The translations under genes were made by a program, and so were the position numbers. This document shows positions 48,537-57,258 of a stretch of DNA of 64,000 nucleotides, in pieces; positions within the stretch are counted from its first letter, which is position 1; every line of letters starts with the position of its first letter. The notes below the pieces were generated by a model that saw nothing but the letters and a program-made list of their open reading frames with translations, did not search any database and was not told the origin of the DNA. Origin of the DNA: Methylacidimicrobium fagopyrum (GTDB lineage Bacteria; Verrucomicrobiota; Verrucomicrobiia; Limisphaerales; UBA11358); the NCBI GenBank assembly GCA_026225255.1, contig JAMFSJ010000043.1, forward strand, positions 23,597-87,596, in the 5' to 3' direction.

Positions 48537-49751
48537 ATGCCAGTCTTTACCTACACGGCGCGGGAAACGGCGTCAGGCCGGGAAATCCGCAATACAGTTG
48601 AGGCCCTCTCGGAGCAATCCGCCATCGCCGCGCTGCTCAACCGTAACTTGCTCGTCGTCGAAATCCGCGAAAAGATCGCCAAAAAAGGGCAGACGAAAGG
48701 TGGCAAAGTATCGAACGCGGATCTGGTGGTATTCACGCGGCAACTGGCGACGATGATTGACGCCGGTATCGCCATCGTGCAAGCGTTGCAGGCGCTCGCC
48801 GAACAGACGCCGAACAAGGTCATGCGGGATACCGTGAGCGATATTTGCACCCGGGTCGAAAGTGGTGAAAGCTTTTCCGAAGCGTTGACCAAGCATCCCA
48901 AGGCATTTAACAAACTTTATACGGCGATGGTTTCCGCCGGTGAAAAGGGCGGTTTGCTCGCCGAAATCATGGCGCGTTTGGCGACTTATCTGGAAAACAC
49001 CGAACGGCTTCGCAAAAAAGTGAAGACCGCGCTGATGTATCCGACCGTTGTGACGGTCGTGGCGATCGTCATCACCATCTTTTTGCTGGTGCGCGTGATC
49101 CCGACGTTCAAGGAGGTCTATTCTGGTTTCGGCGCGAAGTTGCCGGCCCCGACGCAGGTCATGATGGATATCAGCGACATCGTTCGTCATGATTTGCTCT
49201 ATTTAATCCTCATCGCTGGCGCCGCGATCTGGGGCTGGCTGCATTATATTAAGACCAAACCCGGTCGCGAATTTTGGGATCGCCAACGCATCAAGCTGCC
49301 GGTCTTCGGTCAAATCGCGCATAAAATCTGTCTCGCCCGCTTTACGCGCACGCTGGCGTCGCTCGTTCGCAGCGGTGTGCCTATTTTGGAAGTATTACGT
49401 ATCGTCTCGCAGGTCGTCGGCAACGTCGTCATGGAAAAAGCCATCAAGGCCGCATCGGACGACATCGAACGCGGCGAAGGTATTTCCAACGCGCTCGCCA
49501 AGCACCCGATTTTTCCGACGATGGTCATCCGCATGTTAAGCGCCGGTGAACAGACCGGTAATATTGATAACATGCTCGAACGCGTTGCGAATTTTCTCGA
49601 TGAAGAAATTGACGCGACGCTTTCCGGCCTCATGTCGCTCATCGAACCTTTGCTCATTGTTTTCCTGGGCATCACCGTCGGCAGCATGGTTGTTTGTATG
49701 TTCCTGCCGATTTTCAACCTGGCGAACATCGTCAACGGCCCGCAGAAATAA
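48537..49751 (+). CDS. Type II secretion / type IV pilus platform protein (GspF/PilC family)
   Basis: 404 aa with two GspF-type repeats (FTRQLATMIDAGIAIVQAL; FTRTLASLVRSGVPILEVL) and three TM segments. Confidence 0.9.
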   Translation: MPVFTYTARETASGREIRNTVEALSEQSAIAALLNRNLLVVEIREKIAKKGQTKGGKVSNADLVVFTRQLATMIDAGIAIVQALQALAEQTPNKVMRDTVSDICTRVESGESFSEALTKHPKAFNKLYTAMVSAGEKGGLLAEIMARLATYLENTERLRKKVKTALMYPTVVTVVAIVITIFLLVRVIPTFKEVYSGFGAKLPAPTQVMMDISDIVRHDLLYLILIAGAAIWGWLHYIKTKPGREFWDRQRIKLPVFGQIAHKICLARFTRTLASLVRSGVPILEVLRIVSQVVGNVVMEKAIKAASDDIERGEGISNALAKHPIFPTMVIRMLSAGEQTGNIDNMLERVANFLDEEIDATLSGLMSLIEPLLIVFLGITVGSMVVCMFLPIFNLANIVNGPQK

Positions 49752-49923
49752 TGGGGAAATGACGAATGACGAATTGCGGACGGGGCAGTTTTTATGCTCG
49801 TTCGCGTAATTTGGGTGTTTCGCGGTTACAAAGTTAGAGTTTTAACCGCGAGCTGTCCGAAAAATTTAACCGAAGGCCATAAAGCTAACGAAGCCCTTCG
49901 TTTCCAGCTTCGGTTAAAAACCA

Positions 49924-49956
49924 AAAACCGCCGGAGAATTTTTCTCCAGCGGTTTT
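49924..49956. terminator. Bidirectional terminator hairpin between pilC-like and MBL hydrolase genes
   Basis: aaaaccgccggagaa / ttctccagcggtttt (15 bp, 1 mismatch), with T-runs on both strands. Confidence 0.7.
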
Positions 49957-49966
49957 GTTTTTCAAA

Positions 49967-51343
49967 TCAGGCCGTCACGACTTTTCCCGGTTGCGGGTGG
50001 AAAACTTTGATCTTCGGCCAACGTTCATGGATTTTTTGCTCGAACCACGCGCGGGACGCTTCATCGCCGTGACCCAACAATACTGCGCGCGGTGAAACTT
50101 GACCGACCAAATCCAACAATTCCTCGCGGTTCGCGTGCGCCGTCAGATCGAAATCCTGCACATCACACTTCTTCGTCACCGCGCCCGCGCTCGGGCTGAA
50201 CACGAACGTCTCGCCTTGTTTGGCCGCCTTCAAATGGCCCGCCGGTGAATCTGGATCCGCGTAACCGACGAAGAAAATGCTCTGCCGTTCGTCGCCGATC
50301 ATGCGCGCCGCCAAATCGTGTGCCGCCGTATTCTCACTCATCATGCCAGCCGTGATGACGAAAATTTTACTGCCGCTCAACTTCATGTTTTCCGCCTGGC
50401 CTTTTTCCAGCACGATCAATTGCAACGCCTCGTTCAACTTCAAATTCGTATGTTGCCGATGTGCGCGATGCGCCTCGATGTCGTAAATTTCCGTGAACAC
50501 GCGCCCGAGCCCGCCGATATAAATGGGCTGCTTTTTCAATTTATCTTCGCGCATCAACAACGCCAGCATCGCCAAGATTTCCTGCGTGCGGCCGAGCGCA
50601 AACGACGGAATCAAGATACAACCCTTGCGCTTCTGCGCCGCGTGAATGGCTTCGACCAACCGCTCGGTTTCTTTTTCGCGCGTGAAACCCGGAGGCACTT
50701 CGCGATTGCCGCGCGTGGTTTCCATGATGAGCACGTCGGCCTTCACATCGTTGAACTGCGCGCTTTTCAAAAGTGTTTGATCGTGAAAACAAACGTCGCC
50801 CGTGAAGAACAACGTTTCCTTTTTGCCGCGCAATAAAATACCGGCGGAACCCAGCGTGTGGCCCGCTTCAAAAAATTCCAGCGTCGGCGACGGAATCCCC
50901 GCGCGTTGTTTTTTGAACGAACCCCATTCGACTTCACGATTGCATTTGAAACCTTGAAAATACGGCGCGATGTCGTCCACTTCGTCATGCGTGTAGAGCG
51001 GATATTCGCGGATACCGCGCTCGTCGCGTTGCCGCGTCATCACGTTCACGGAATTATGCAGCACGCGCTCGATCAACAGATAACTCAGTTCCGTCATCAA
51101 CACGTGCGCCTTGGGAAATTGCCGCACCGCGACCGGCAACGTGCCGATATGATCGTGATGACAATGCGAAATCGCAATCGCATCCACTTCGCCCTGGCCG
51201 GCCTTATTATAGAGCGGCACGCCCTCGCGACCCTCGCGTTTCGGATGCATCCCGGCATCGAGCAAAATGCGATGTTCCTCCAATTCTACCAGCCAAGAGC
51301 TCGCCCCAATATCCGAGTCCGGATTCAAATTCGTTATATTCAC
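49967..51343 (-). CDS. MBL-fold beta-CASP family hydrolase (RNA-metabolising type)
   Basis: HCHHDH metallo-beta-lactamase motif and beta-CASP-type C-terminal motifs (DLTAHANREELLD). GTG start at 51341-51343. Confidence 0.8.
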   Translation of the reverse strand: MNITNLNPDSDIGASSWLVELEEHRILLDAGMHPKREGREGVPLYNKAGQGEVDAIAISHCHHDHIGTLPVAVRQFPKAHVLMTELSYLLIERVLHNSVNVMTRQRDERGIREYPLYTHDEVDDIAPYFQGFKCNREVEWGSFKKQRAGIPSPTLEFFEAGHTLGSAGILLRGKKETLFFTGDVCFHDQTLLKSAQFNDVKADVLIMETTRGNREVPPGFTREKETERLVEAIHAAQKRKGCILIPSFALGRTQEILAMLALLMREDKLKKQPIYIGGLGRVFTEIYDIEAHRAHRQHTNLKLNEALQLIVLEKGQAENMKLSGSKIFVITAGMMSENTAAHDLAARMIGDERQSIFFVGYADPDSPAGHLKAAKQGETFVFSPSAGAVTKKCDVQDFDLTAHANREELLDLVGQVSPRAVLLGHGDEASRAWFEQKIHERWPKIKVFHPQPGKVVTA

Positions 51344-51352
51344 TGGAAAAAT

Positions 51353-51390
51353 TTAACCACAAATGAAAACGGATAAAAAGGATGAAGGTG
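51353..51390. repeat. TTAACCAC-anchored phased A-rich element next to the MBL hydrolase start
   Basis: ttaaccac aaatgaaaac ggataaaaag gatgaaggtg. The 8-mer lies exactly 9 nt from the GTG start (minus strand). Confidence 0.75.
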
Positions 51391-51540
51391 GAATTATGAT
51401 GAATTAAAAACGCCCGCGCACGCGCCGGTATGCGGTGGCCAGTTCTTGCAACGATGAACCCACGGAATTATCGATCGACCCAAACGAACGCGCATGCAGG
51501 AAAGCGGCGGTTCGCGTTTTATCCGTGGTTATTTTTTATT

Positions 51541-51570
51541 TTTCGTGTCTTTCATGTCTTTCGTGGTTAA
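51541..51570. repeat. Mirror copy: phased repeat ending GTGGTTAA, 9 nt before the mtnP ATG
   Basis: tttcgt gtctttcat gtctttcgt ggttaa (9-bp period), then aaatttccc-ATG. Confidence 0.75.
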
Positions 51571-51579
51571 AAATTTCCC

Positions 51580-52443
51580 ATGTCAAAATACAAGGTCGGC
51601 ATCATCGGCGGCAGCGGGTTGTATCACATCGAGGGTTTTACTAACCAGAAATGGGTGAAAGTCAAAACGCCTTTCGGGGCGCCATCCGATGAATTTCTCA
51701 CCGGCACACTCGCCGGACGCGAAGTCGTTTTTCTCCCGCGCCACGGCCGCGGTCATCGTGTTTTGCCGAGCGAGTTGAATCATCGCGCGAATATGTGGGC
51801 GATGAAAAAACTCGGCGTCGCGTGGATCATCAGCGTTAGCGCCGTCGGTTCCCTGCAAATAAAATACGCGCCGTGCGACATCGTTTTGCCCGATCAATTT
51901 CTCGACCGCACCAAGCGTGATTTTGAACACACCTTTTTCGGCCGCGGCATCGTCGGCCACATCGCGTTCGCCGATCCGATCTGCGAAGAGTTGCGGCAAA
52001 TCATTTTGAAAAGCGCGCGCAGCCTGAAGGCGAAAGTCCACGATGGCGGCACTTATGTGAATATGGAAGGTCCGGCATTCAGCACGCGCGCCGAATCTAC
52101 GACCAATCACAAGCTCGGCTACGATGTCATCGGCATGACCAATTTGGGCGAAGCCAAATGCGCCCGCGAAGCCGAGATCGCCTACGCCACCATGGCGATG
52201 ATCACCGATTATGATTGTTGGAAAGTGGACGAAGCGCATGTGACTGTTGAAATGGTGATCGCCAACCTGACGAAAAATGCGGCGACCGCCAAAGCCATCG
52301 TCGCCAAAGTTATTCCGCAAATTCCCACCGAACCGACGTGGTCGTGTCACAGCGCCTTGAAAAACGCCATCATGACCGACCGCAAAGTGTGGCCGAAGAA
52401 AACCATCGCCGAATTGAAGCCGATTATTGCGAAATATTTGTAA
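51580..52443 (+). CDS. mtnP: S-methyl-5'-thioadenosine phosphorylase
   Basis: VGIIGGSGLY, FLPRHGRGH and GMTNLGEAKCAREAEI are typical of the MTAP/PNP family. Confidence 0.9.
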   Translation: MSKYKVGIIGGSGLYHIEGFTNQKWVKVKTPFGAPSDEFLTGTLAGREVVFLPRHGRGHRVLPSELNHRANMWAMKKLGVAWIISVSAVGSLQIKYAPCDIVLPDQFLDRTKRDFEHTFFGRGIVGHIAFADPICEELRQIILKSARSLKAKVHDGGTYVNMEGPAFSTRAESTTNHKLGYDVIGMTNLGEAKCAREAEIAYATMAMITDYDCWKVDEAHVTVEMVIANLTKNAATAKAIVAKVIPQIPTEPTWSCHSALKNAIMTDRKVWPKKTIAELKPIIAKYL

Positions 52444-52520
52444 GGAATATGTTTTAAAGATCCGAGGTGATTTAAAAAAGACTTTGCCGTCCCTTTGCCG
52501 GTCGTTACTGTTTCATCAAG

Positions 52521-53012
52521 ATGTCAGGGATACTTCAATCACTTCAGGGCCGCGAGGCGCGCCGCTTCGGAGCTGGCGAATTCATTATCCGACAGGGCGA
52601 AACCACCGAGCAGCTTTATTTTCTGATCGAAGGCGTCGTTGAAGTTTTGAAAGACGACGTGCGCGTTGCCGCCGCCCAACAGCCCGGCCAAGTCTTCGGC
52701 GAAATGGCGGTATTGCTCCGCGTTCCCCACACCGCTTCTGTGCGGGCAGTAAAGCCGTGCAGTTTTTACATCGTCGAACAACCGCGGGAATTTCTGAAAT
52801 CGTCGACGACGTTATGCGTTCATGTGTGCGAATTGCTGGCGATGCGGTTGGATGCGCTTAATAAATACTTGGTGGACGTGAAGCATCAATATGACGGCCA
52901 CGACCATCTCGGCATGGTGGATGAAGAGCTGGAAGCGTTGCTCCATCGGCAGCCGAGTTCCCGTGTGCGTCCCAAGGATTCAACTGTCAGCCACGGTCAG
53001 CTTCCGGATTGA
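52521..53012 (+). CDS. Cyclic nucleotide-binding domain protein
   Basis: cNMP-binding beta-barrel with a phosphate-binding cassette (FGEMAVLLRVPHTASVRA). 163 aa, no other domain. Confidence 0.8.
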   Translation: MSGILQSLQGREARRFGAGEFIIRQGETTEQLYFLIEGVVEVLKDDVRVAAAQQPGQVFGEMAVLLRVPHTASVRAVKPCSFYIVEQPREFLKSSTTLCVHVCELLAMRLDALNKYLVDVKHQYDGHDHLGMVDEELEALLHRQPSSRVRPKDSTVSHGQLPD

Positions 53013-53759
53013 TTGGCCTTCAATCGAAATCCATTCCGCCGTCATCGCATCCAGATCCAGTGAAATGTGCGTTGGGCTTGGGCCGATTTGTTTGCCGGGA
53101 TTAAAAACCCATGTCTTGCCGATCCGGTCAATCCAGGCACCTTCCGCATAAAAAGGTGAATTATGGATGTGCCCGCTTAAAACCATGTCCGGCTGAAAAC
53201 GTTTGATCCATTCGAGCAACGCTTCGTCGCCGCCGAATTTTTTACCCGTCCAACAAACCGGTGAACCCGCCGGCGGCGCGTGATGCACCCAGATCCAGCG
53301 ACCGTGACGCTTCTGCGCCTGATCAGAAAGTTGTTTTTCCAATTCCGCGCGCGACACCGGGCCGTCCCACCACGGACAAATCGTCACGAGCGTGCCGGAT
53401 AAATCCAGACTGTCGCCGTCCACGAACAAGCTTTCCGCCTTGGAATCATGAATCCAGCGGGCGATGGATTCATCCGCCGCGCTGCGCGAATCGCCATCGT
53501 GATTGCCCGAGCTGACCAGCAGCCGGGTTTTCTCGCGGAGGCGGGCAAGATATTTTTCGACCACGACAATTTGCACATCGAAATCCAAACTGGAGGCGAG
53601 ATCCAACAGATCACCGCCGATGATGACGGAATCGTAGTTCGCCGCATTGGCGACCAACCAATCGAACTGCTTGAGCGCATAATGGAGATCAGCGACGAAA
53701 AGCATCTTCATACAGTTCAACGGATTATGTGTCATCCCTTCCGGCGCGTCCATGTCCAA
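52980..53759 (-). CDS. Metallophosphoesterase (class III cyclic-nucleotide phosphodiesterase-like motif set)
   Basis: Motifs D-x-H (VADLHY), GGD (IIGGDL), GNHD, HH and GHIH in the canonical order. The true start may be the internal MKMLFVADLH (53711). Confidence 0.75.
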   Translation of the reverse strand: MDMDAPEGMTHNPLNCMKMLFVADLHYALKQFDWLVANAANYDSVIIGGDLLDLASSLDFDVQIVVVEKYLARLREKTRLLVSSGNHDGDSRSAADESIARWIHDSKAESLFVDGDSLDLSGTLVTICPWWDGPVSRAELEKQLSDQAQKRHGRWIWVHHAPPAGSPVCWTGKKFGGDEALLEWIKRFQPDMVLSGHIHNSPFYAEGAWIDRIGKTWVFNPGKQIGPSPTHISLDLDAMTAEWISIEGQSIRKLTVADS

Positions 53760-53843
53760 ACCTTCACTTCAAAAAAAGCCGAAAAGGAAACTCGTCTGCG
53801 AGGTTGCGTCGGGCGCATGGGATATTCATCATTTGCGTTCGGC

Positions 53844-54323
53844 ATGAACAAACGCGCTATCATCAAAAAAATCACCGCCAAGCTGACGAGTGAATTAGAA
53901 GTCTATTTCCGCGCCGCGCTCGCCTCGCGCACCGAAGCCACGCATGAATCGAGCAAAGCTGAAAATAAATATGACACGCGCGGTCTCGAAGCTTCCTATC
54001 TCGCGCGCGGCCAATCCAAGCAAGTAGCAGAACTGCAGGCGGCCATCGCCGATTTTGAAAAACTATCCGGCAAGCCGTTTGCGGACGGCCAGGCCATCGG
54101 CATCGGCGCGTTGGTGGAATTAGCCGTGGGCGGTGAACAAGCCTTTTATTTCATCGGCTCGCGCGCCGGCGGCACGGAAGTGTTGCACGGCAAAAAAGAA
54201 ATTCTCATCATCACCCCGCAATCGCCGCTCGGCGAACAACTCGTCGGCAAAAAATCCGGCGACACGTTGCCGCTAAATCTTGGCGGTTCTAAACAGCCCG
54301 CGAAAATTGTAAAGGTGGAATAA
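53844..54323 (+). CDS. GreA/GreB-like domain protein
   Basis: 159 aa from ATG 53844. N-terminal coiled-coil-like region and a C-terminal GreA/B-type beta domain (IGALVEL...ITPQSPLGEQLVGKKSGD). The track ORF extension (from 53448) is antisense to the phosphoesterase gene. Confidence 0.6.
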   Translation: MNKRAIIKKITAKLTSELEVYFRAALASRTEATHESSKAENKYDTRGLEASYLARGQSKQVAELQAAIADFEKLSGKPFADGQAIGIGALVELAVGGEQAFYFIGSRAGGTEVLHGKKEILIITPQSPLGEQLVGKKSGDTLPLNLGGSKQPAKIVKVE

Positions 54324-54432
54324 GTCAGTCCATCAGGCGGGGCTCAACTAGATTTCGCTTCTCCGTTCTACGTTTCAAAAAGCCGGTAAATATTTTCTTG
54401 CGGATTCAGGCTTTGCAACGCAAAGTGAGCTC

Positions 54433-55053
54433 ATGGAACCGAATTGGGCCGAAGAAAATCTGCAAACTATCCGCACGTTGATGGAACGTTCCGCCGTTTA
54501 TCGTCGGGCGCTGGCACCGATCATGTTGTTTGCCGGCGCGTTGGGAATCATCGCTGCCGCCGCCGGAATTTTATTTCATTTGGATTCGATGCGCGCCTTC
54601 AGTTCGCTGTGGCTCAGCACGGCGGCGCTGGCTATTGGCGGCACATTTTTGATCGCTCGCCGACAGTCATTGAAAGATAAAGAGCTTTTTTGGTCGCCCC
54701 CGACACGACGCGTGGCGCAGGCGCTTTTGCCCGCATTGACGGCGGGTGCGATTGTGAGTGCGTTGTTTCTCATCGGCGCAAATGACCTTAGTTTCACTAC
54801 GTTACTGACGTTTTTTTGGATTCTCTTTTACGGCTGCGCAATTCATTCCGCCGGATTTTTCATGCCGCGCGGCATGAAATTACTCGGCTGGATTTTCATT
54901 GTCGGTAGTTCCGGATTCTTTGGTGTTTTAGTAGTTTTTCACACGAGTTTGAATTTGAATGCGCATTGGCTCATGGGCGTTTTCTTTGGCTTGCTGCAAC
55001 TGATTTATGGTGCGTATCTCTATGTGACCGAGCAGAAAAATCCCGCCGCGTGA
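54433..55053 (+). CDS. Hypothetical 5-6 TM membrane protein
   Basis: Hydrophobic segments throughout. Translationally coupled to the downstream regulator (GTGA overlap). Confidence 0.6.
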   Translation: MEPNWAEENLQTIRTLMERSAVYRRALAPIMLFAGALGIIAAAAGILFHLDSMRAFSSLWLSTAALAIGGTFLIARRQSLKDKELFWSPPTRRVAQALLPALTAGAIVSALFLIGANDLSFTTLLTFFWILFYGCAIHSAGFFMPRGMKLLGWIFIVGSSGFFGVLVVFHTSLNLNAHWLMGVFFGLLQLIYGAYLYVTEQKNPAA

Positions 55054-55358
55054 ACCCGGAACCGTTCTTGCAATTGGATCGCGTGATCCATGAAAAAGGT
55101 CGGCTGGCCATCATGTCCATGCTCGCCGCCTCGCCGGAATTATCGTTCACCGAAATGCGCGACACGCTGGCGATGACCGATGGAAATCTAACGACGCACA
55201 TCAAAGCTCTGCAACAAGAAGGCTTCGTCGCCGTGGCTAAATCGTATCAAAATAACCGCCCGCTCACGACGTGTTCGCTCACGGTGGCGGGACGCAAGGC
55301 CTTCGCGGAATACATCAATCTACTCGAACAGATCGTCCGCCAGAACAAGCCGAAATAA
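55050..55358 (+). CDS. Winged-helix transcriptional regulator (HTH_34-like)
   Basis: LDRVIHEKGRLAIMSMLAASPELSFTEMRDTLAMTDGNLTTHIKALQQEGFV matches the winged-helix HTH_34 pattern. GTG start at 55050 overlaps the upstream stop. Confidence 0.7.
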   Translation: MNPEPFLQLDRVIHEKGRLAIMSMLAASPELSFTEMRDTLAMTDGNLTTHIKALQQEGFVAVAKSYQNNRPLTTCSLTVAGRKAFAEYINLLEQIVRQNKPK

Positions 55359-55492
55359 TTGCCGGAGCGCCGGGCATTGCTCGGCTTGGAGGCAATTTTC
55401 CCTGTTCGAGCCGAGTAATACTCGGCGTTCCAAAAAATAATTTGAACAAAAACGAATGCGCTTGGTCTTTAACTTTGTGATACAAAGCTAAT

Positions 55493-56356
55493 ATGAAAAT
55501 CATCCGTGCGGAACATCTGGGAATGTGTTTTGGAGTTCGGGACGCCATCGCATTGGCCGCGAGCACGGCCCAACGTGAACCGCTCACCATTTTGGGCGAC
55601 CTAGTTCACAACGAAACGGTGCTGGCCAGTTTACGTGCGCAAGGAATTCAATTCGCGCAAAACGCGAGCAGCGTAGCAACGCAAACGGCCATGATCACCG
55701 CGCACGGCGCCTCGGAACGCGCGATGAATGAAACGCGCAGACGCGGGTTGAACGTGCTGGAAGCCACGTGTCCGCTTGTTCACAGCGCGCATCGCAAACT
55801 CGCAACGCTCGTGCGCGAAGGATTTCATCCGATCATCATTGGTAAGCGCGATCACGTGGAAGTGCGCGGCATGACGGAAGATTTAAACGAGTTCGATGTC
55901 GTCTTGAATGAAACCGACATCACCAAACTTCAGGCGCGTCCGCGCTTCGGCATCATCGCGCAAACCACGCAACCCATTGAACGCGTCCGGCAATTAGTGC
56001 AGCTAGTGCGCGACCATTTTCCTAAATCTGAAGTGCGCTTCATAGACACCGTTTGCCAGCCGACCAAGCAACGTCAAAGCGCAGCGGTTGAACTGGCAAA
56101 ACAATGCGACACAGTGGTCGTCATCGGCGGCGCGCACAGCAATAACACGCATGAACTGGTAAAAACCTGTGCGCAATTTTGCGAACGCGTTCACCATGTC
56201 CAAACCGCCGCCGACCTGCGCGCCGAATGGTTTTGCGGAACGGAAACCATCGGCATAACCGCCGGAACTTCAACGCCAGACGAATTGATCGAACAAGTGA
56301 CGGCGTGGTTTGAGGCACTTTCAGTTTCAGTCCAACGCGAAAGAATTTTCGCATGA
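55493..56356 (+). CDS. ispH: 4-hydroxy-3-methylbut-2-enyl diphosphate reductase
   Basis: Three conserved Cys contexts for the 4Fe-4S cluster (GMCFGVRDA, TCPLVHSAH, TVCQPT). 287 aa. Confidence 0.95.
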   Translation: MKIIRAEHLGMCFGVRDAIALAASTAQREPLTILGDLVHNETVLASLRAQGIQFAQNASSVATQTAMITAHGASERAMNETRRRGLNVLEATCPLVHSAHRKLATLVREGFHPIIIGKRDHVEVRGMTEDLNEFDVVLNETDITKLQARPRFGIIAQTTQPIERVRQLVQLVRDHFPKSEVRFIDTVCQPTKQRQSAAVELAKQCDTVVVIGGAHSNNTHELVKTCAQFCERVHHVQTAADLRAEWFCGTETIGITAGTSTPDELIEQVTAWFEALSVSVQRERIFA

Positions 56357-57258
56357 ATCCGCTTTTTCTAATTTTCTTTTTACTCTCGTTGGCTTTGGCC
56401 GCGCCTGCCGTCGTAGGGAATAATTCGTGGTGGCGACTTTTGCTTGGAATGTTTTTATCGTTTACGGGAGTTGTATTTCCTCTGTTCGTCTTTGTTTTCA
56501 GCGGATTTCGCGCGCCTGAATGGAAAGGCGATTGTGTGCACGGCTGGGTGGATTGTTTTATTGTCGGCAAATTAGCGCTGTTGCCGCTGGTCATCGTGGC
56601 CACGATAACCTTATATGCGTTGGAAGTAGTTCGTGTTAAAAATCGGACGGACCGTTTGATCGTCATCGGAATTTTTCTTGGTGTTATCGTGGCCACGACA
56701 TGTTCCGTGTTCGGCATATTCTGCATCGGCTTAGGTGTCCGTGATGACAAATGGTTGTTGTTCGTGCCGATTTACACGGCGGCATGGTATTCGATTCGCG
56801 CGGTGCAATTGATCCAATTAACACGTTTCAGTTTTTGGACTTACCTTGGCGCAATCGCGGGTTCGCTGCCATTCTGGGTGGTGAGTTGGTTTTGGTCGCA
56901 CAGCGTTTACGCAGCATTGCCCGACAAACGGCCAGAAAACTGTTTCATCGTCACCGCCGCCAGTCTCGGTCATGAAAAATGTGTCGGCCCGTTGGTTGAA
57001 ATCACTCGTCACGGCTACAAACGCCGAGCTAATCAGCAGTTGCTTACCTTCTGGGAATTAGAAAATCGGTGGCAGAATCGCTCGTCCTGCAGCCATCGAA
57101 TTTTCCGTCAGTATTACAATCGGTTCGGCCCGCTCATCGCGCGGCAAATCAAATCACCTTGGCAGGCGGACCTGGTTCATCTTGCTCTCAAACCGATTGA
57201 ATTAACGGCCAGACTTGCCCTGCAAATGGGTGTAAAAAATATCCCAAAACAAAAATGA
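56353..57258 (+). CDS. Hypothetical membrane protein with a Cys/His-containing cytoplasmic C-terminal domain
   Basis: About 6 TM segments, then CFIVTAASLGHEKCVGP...YNRFGPLIARQI...LKPIELTA. ATG overlaps the ispH stop (ATGA). Confidence 0.6.
   Translation: MNPLFLIFFLLSLALAAPAVVGNNSWWRLLLGMFLSFTGVVFPLFVFVFSGFRAPEWKGDCVHGWVDCFIVGKLALLPLVIVATITLYALEVVRVKNRTDRLIVIGIFLGVIVATTCSVFGIFCIGLGVRDDKWLLFVPIYTAAWYSIRAVQLIQLTRFSFWTYLGAIAGSLPFWVVSWFWSHSVYAALPDKRPENCFIVTAASLGHEKCVGPLVEITRHGYKRRANQQLLTFWELENRWQNRSSCSHRIFRQYYNRFGPLIARQIKSPWQADLVHLALKPIELTARLALQMGVKNIPKQK

Noticed and set aside
52521-54323. A cyclic-nucleotide-based anti-phage system (Pycsar/CBASS-like).
   Set aside because: There is no nucleotide cyclase and no effector domain (TM, TIR, nuclease or patatin) fused to or next to the cNMP-binding protein. 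A housekeeping cAMP receptor/PDE pair is the simpler reading.
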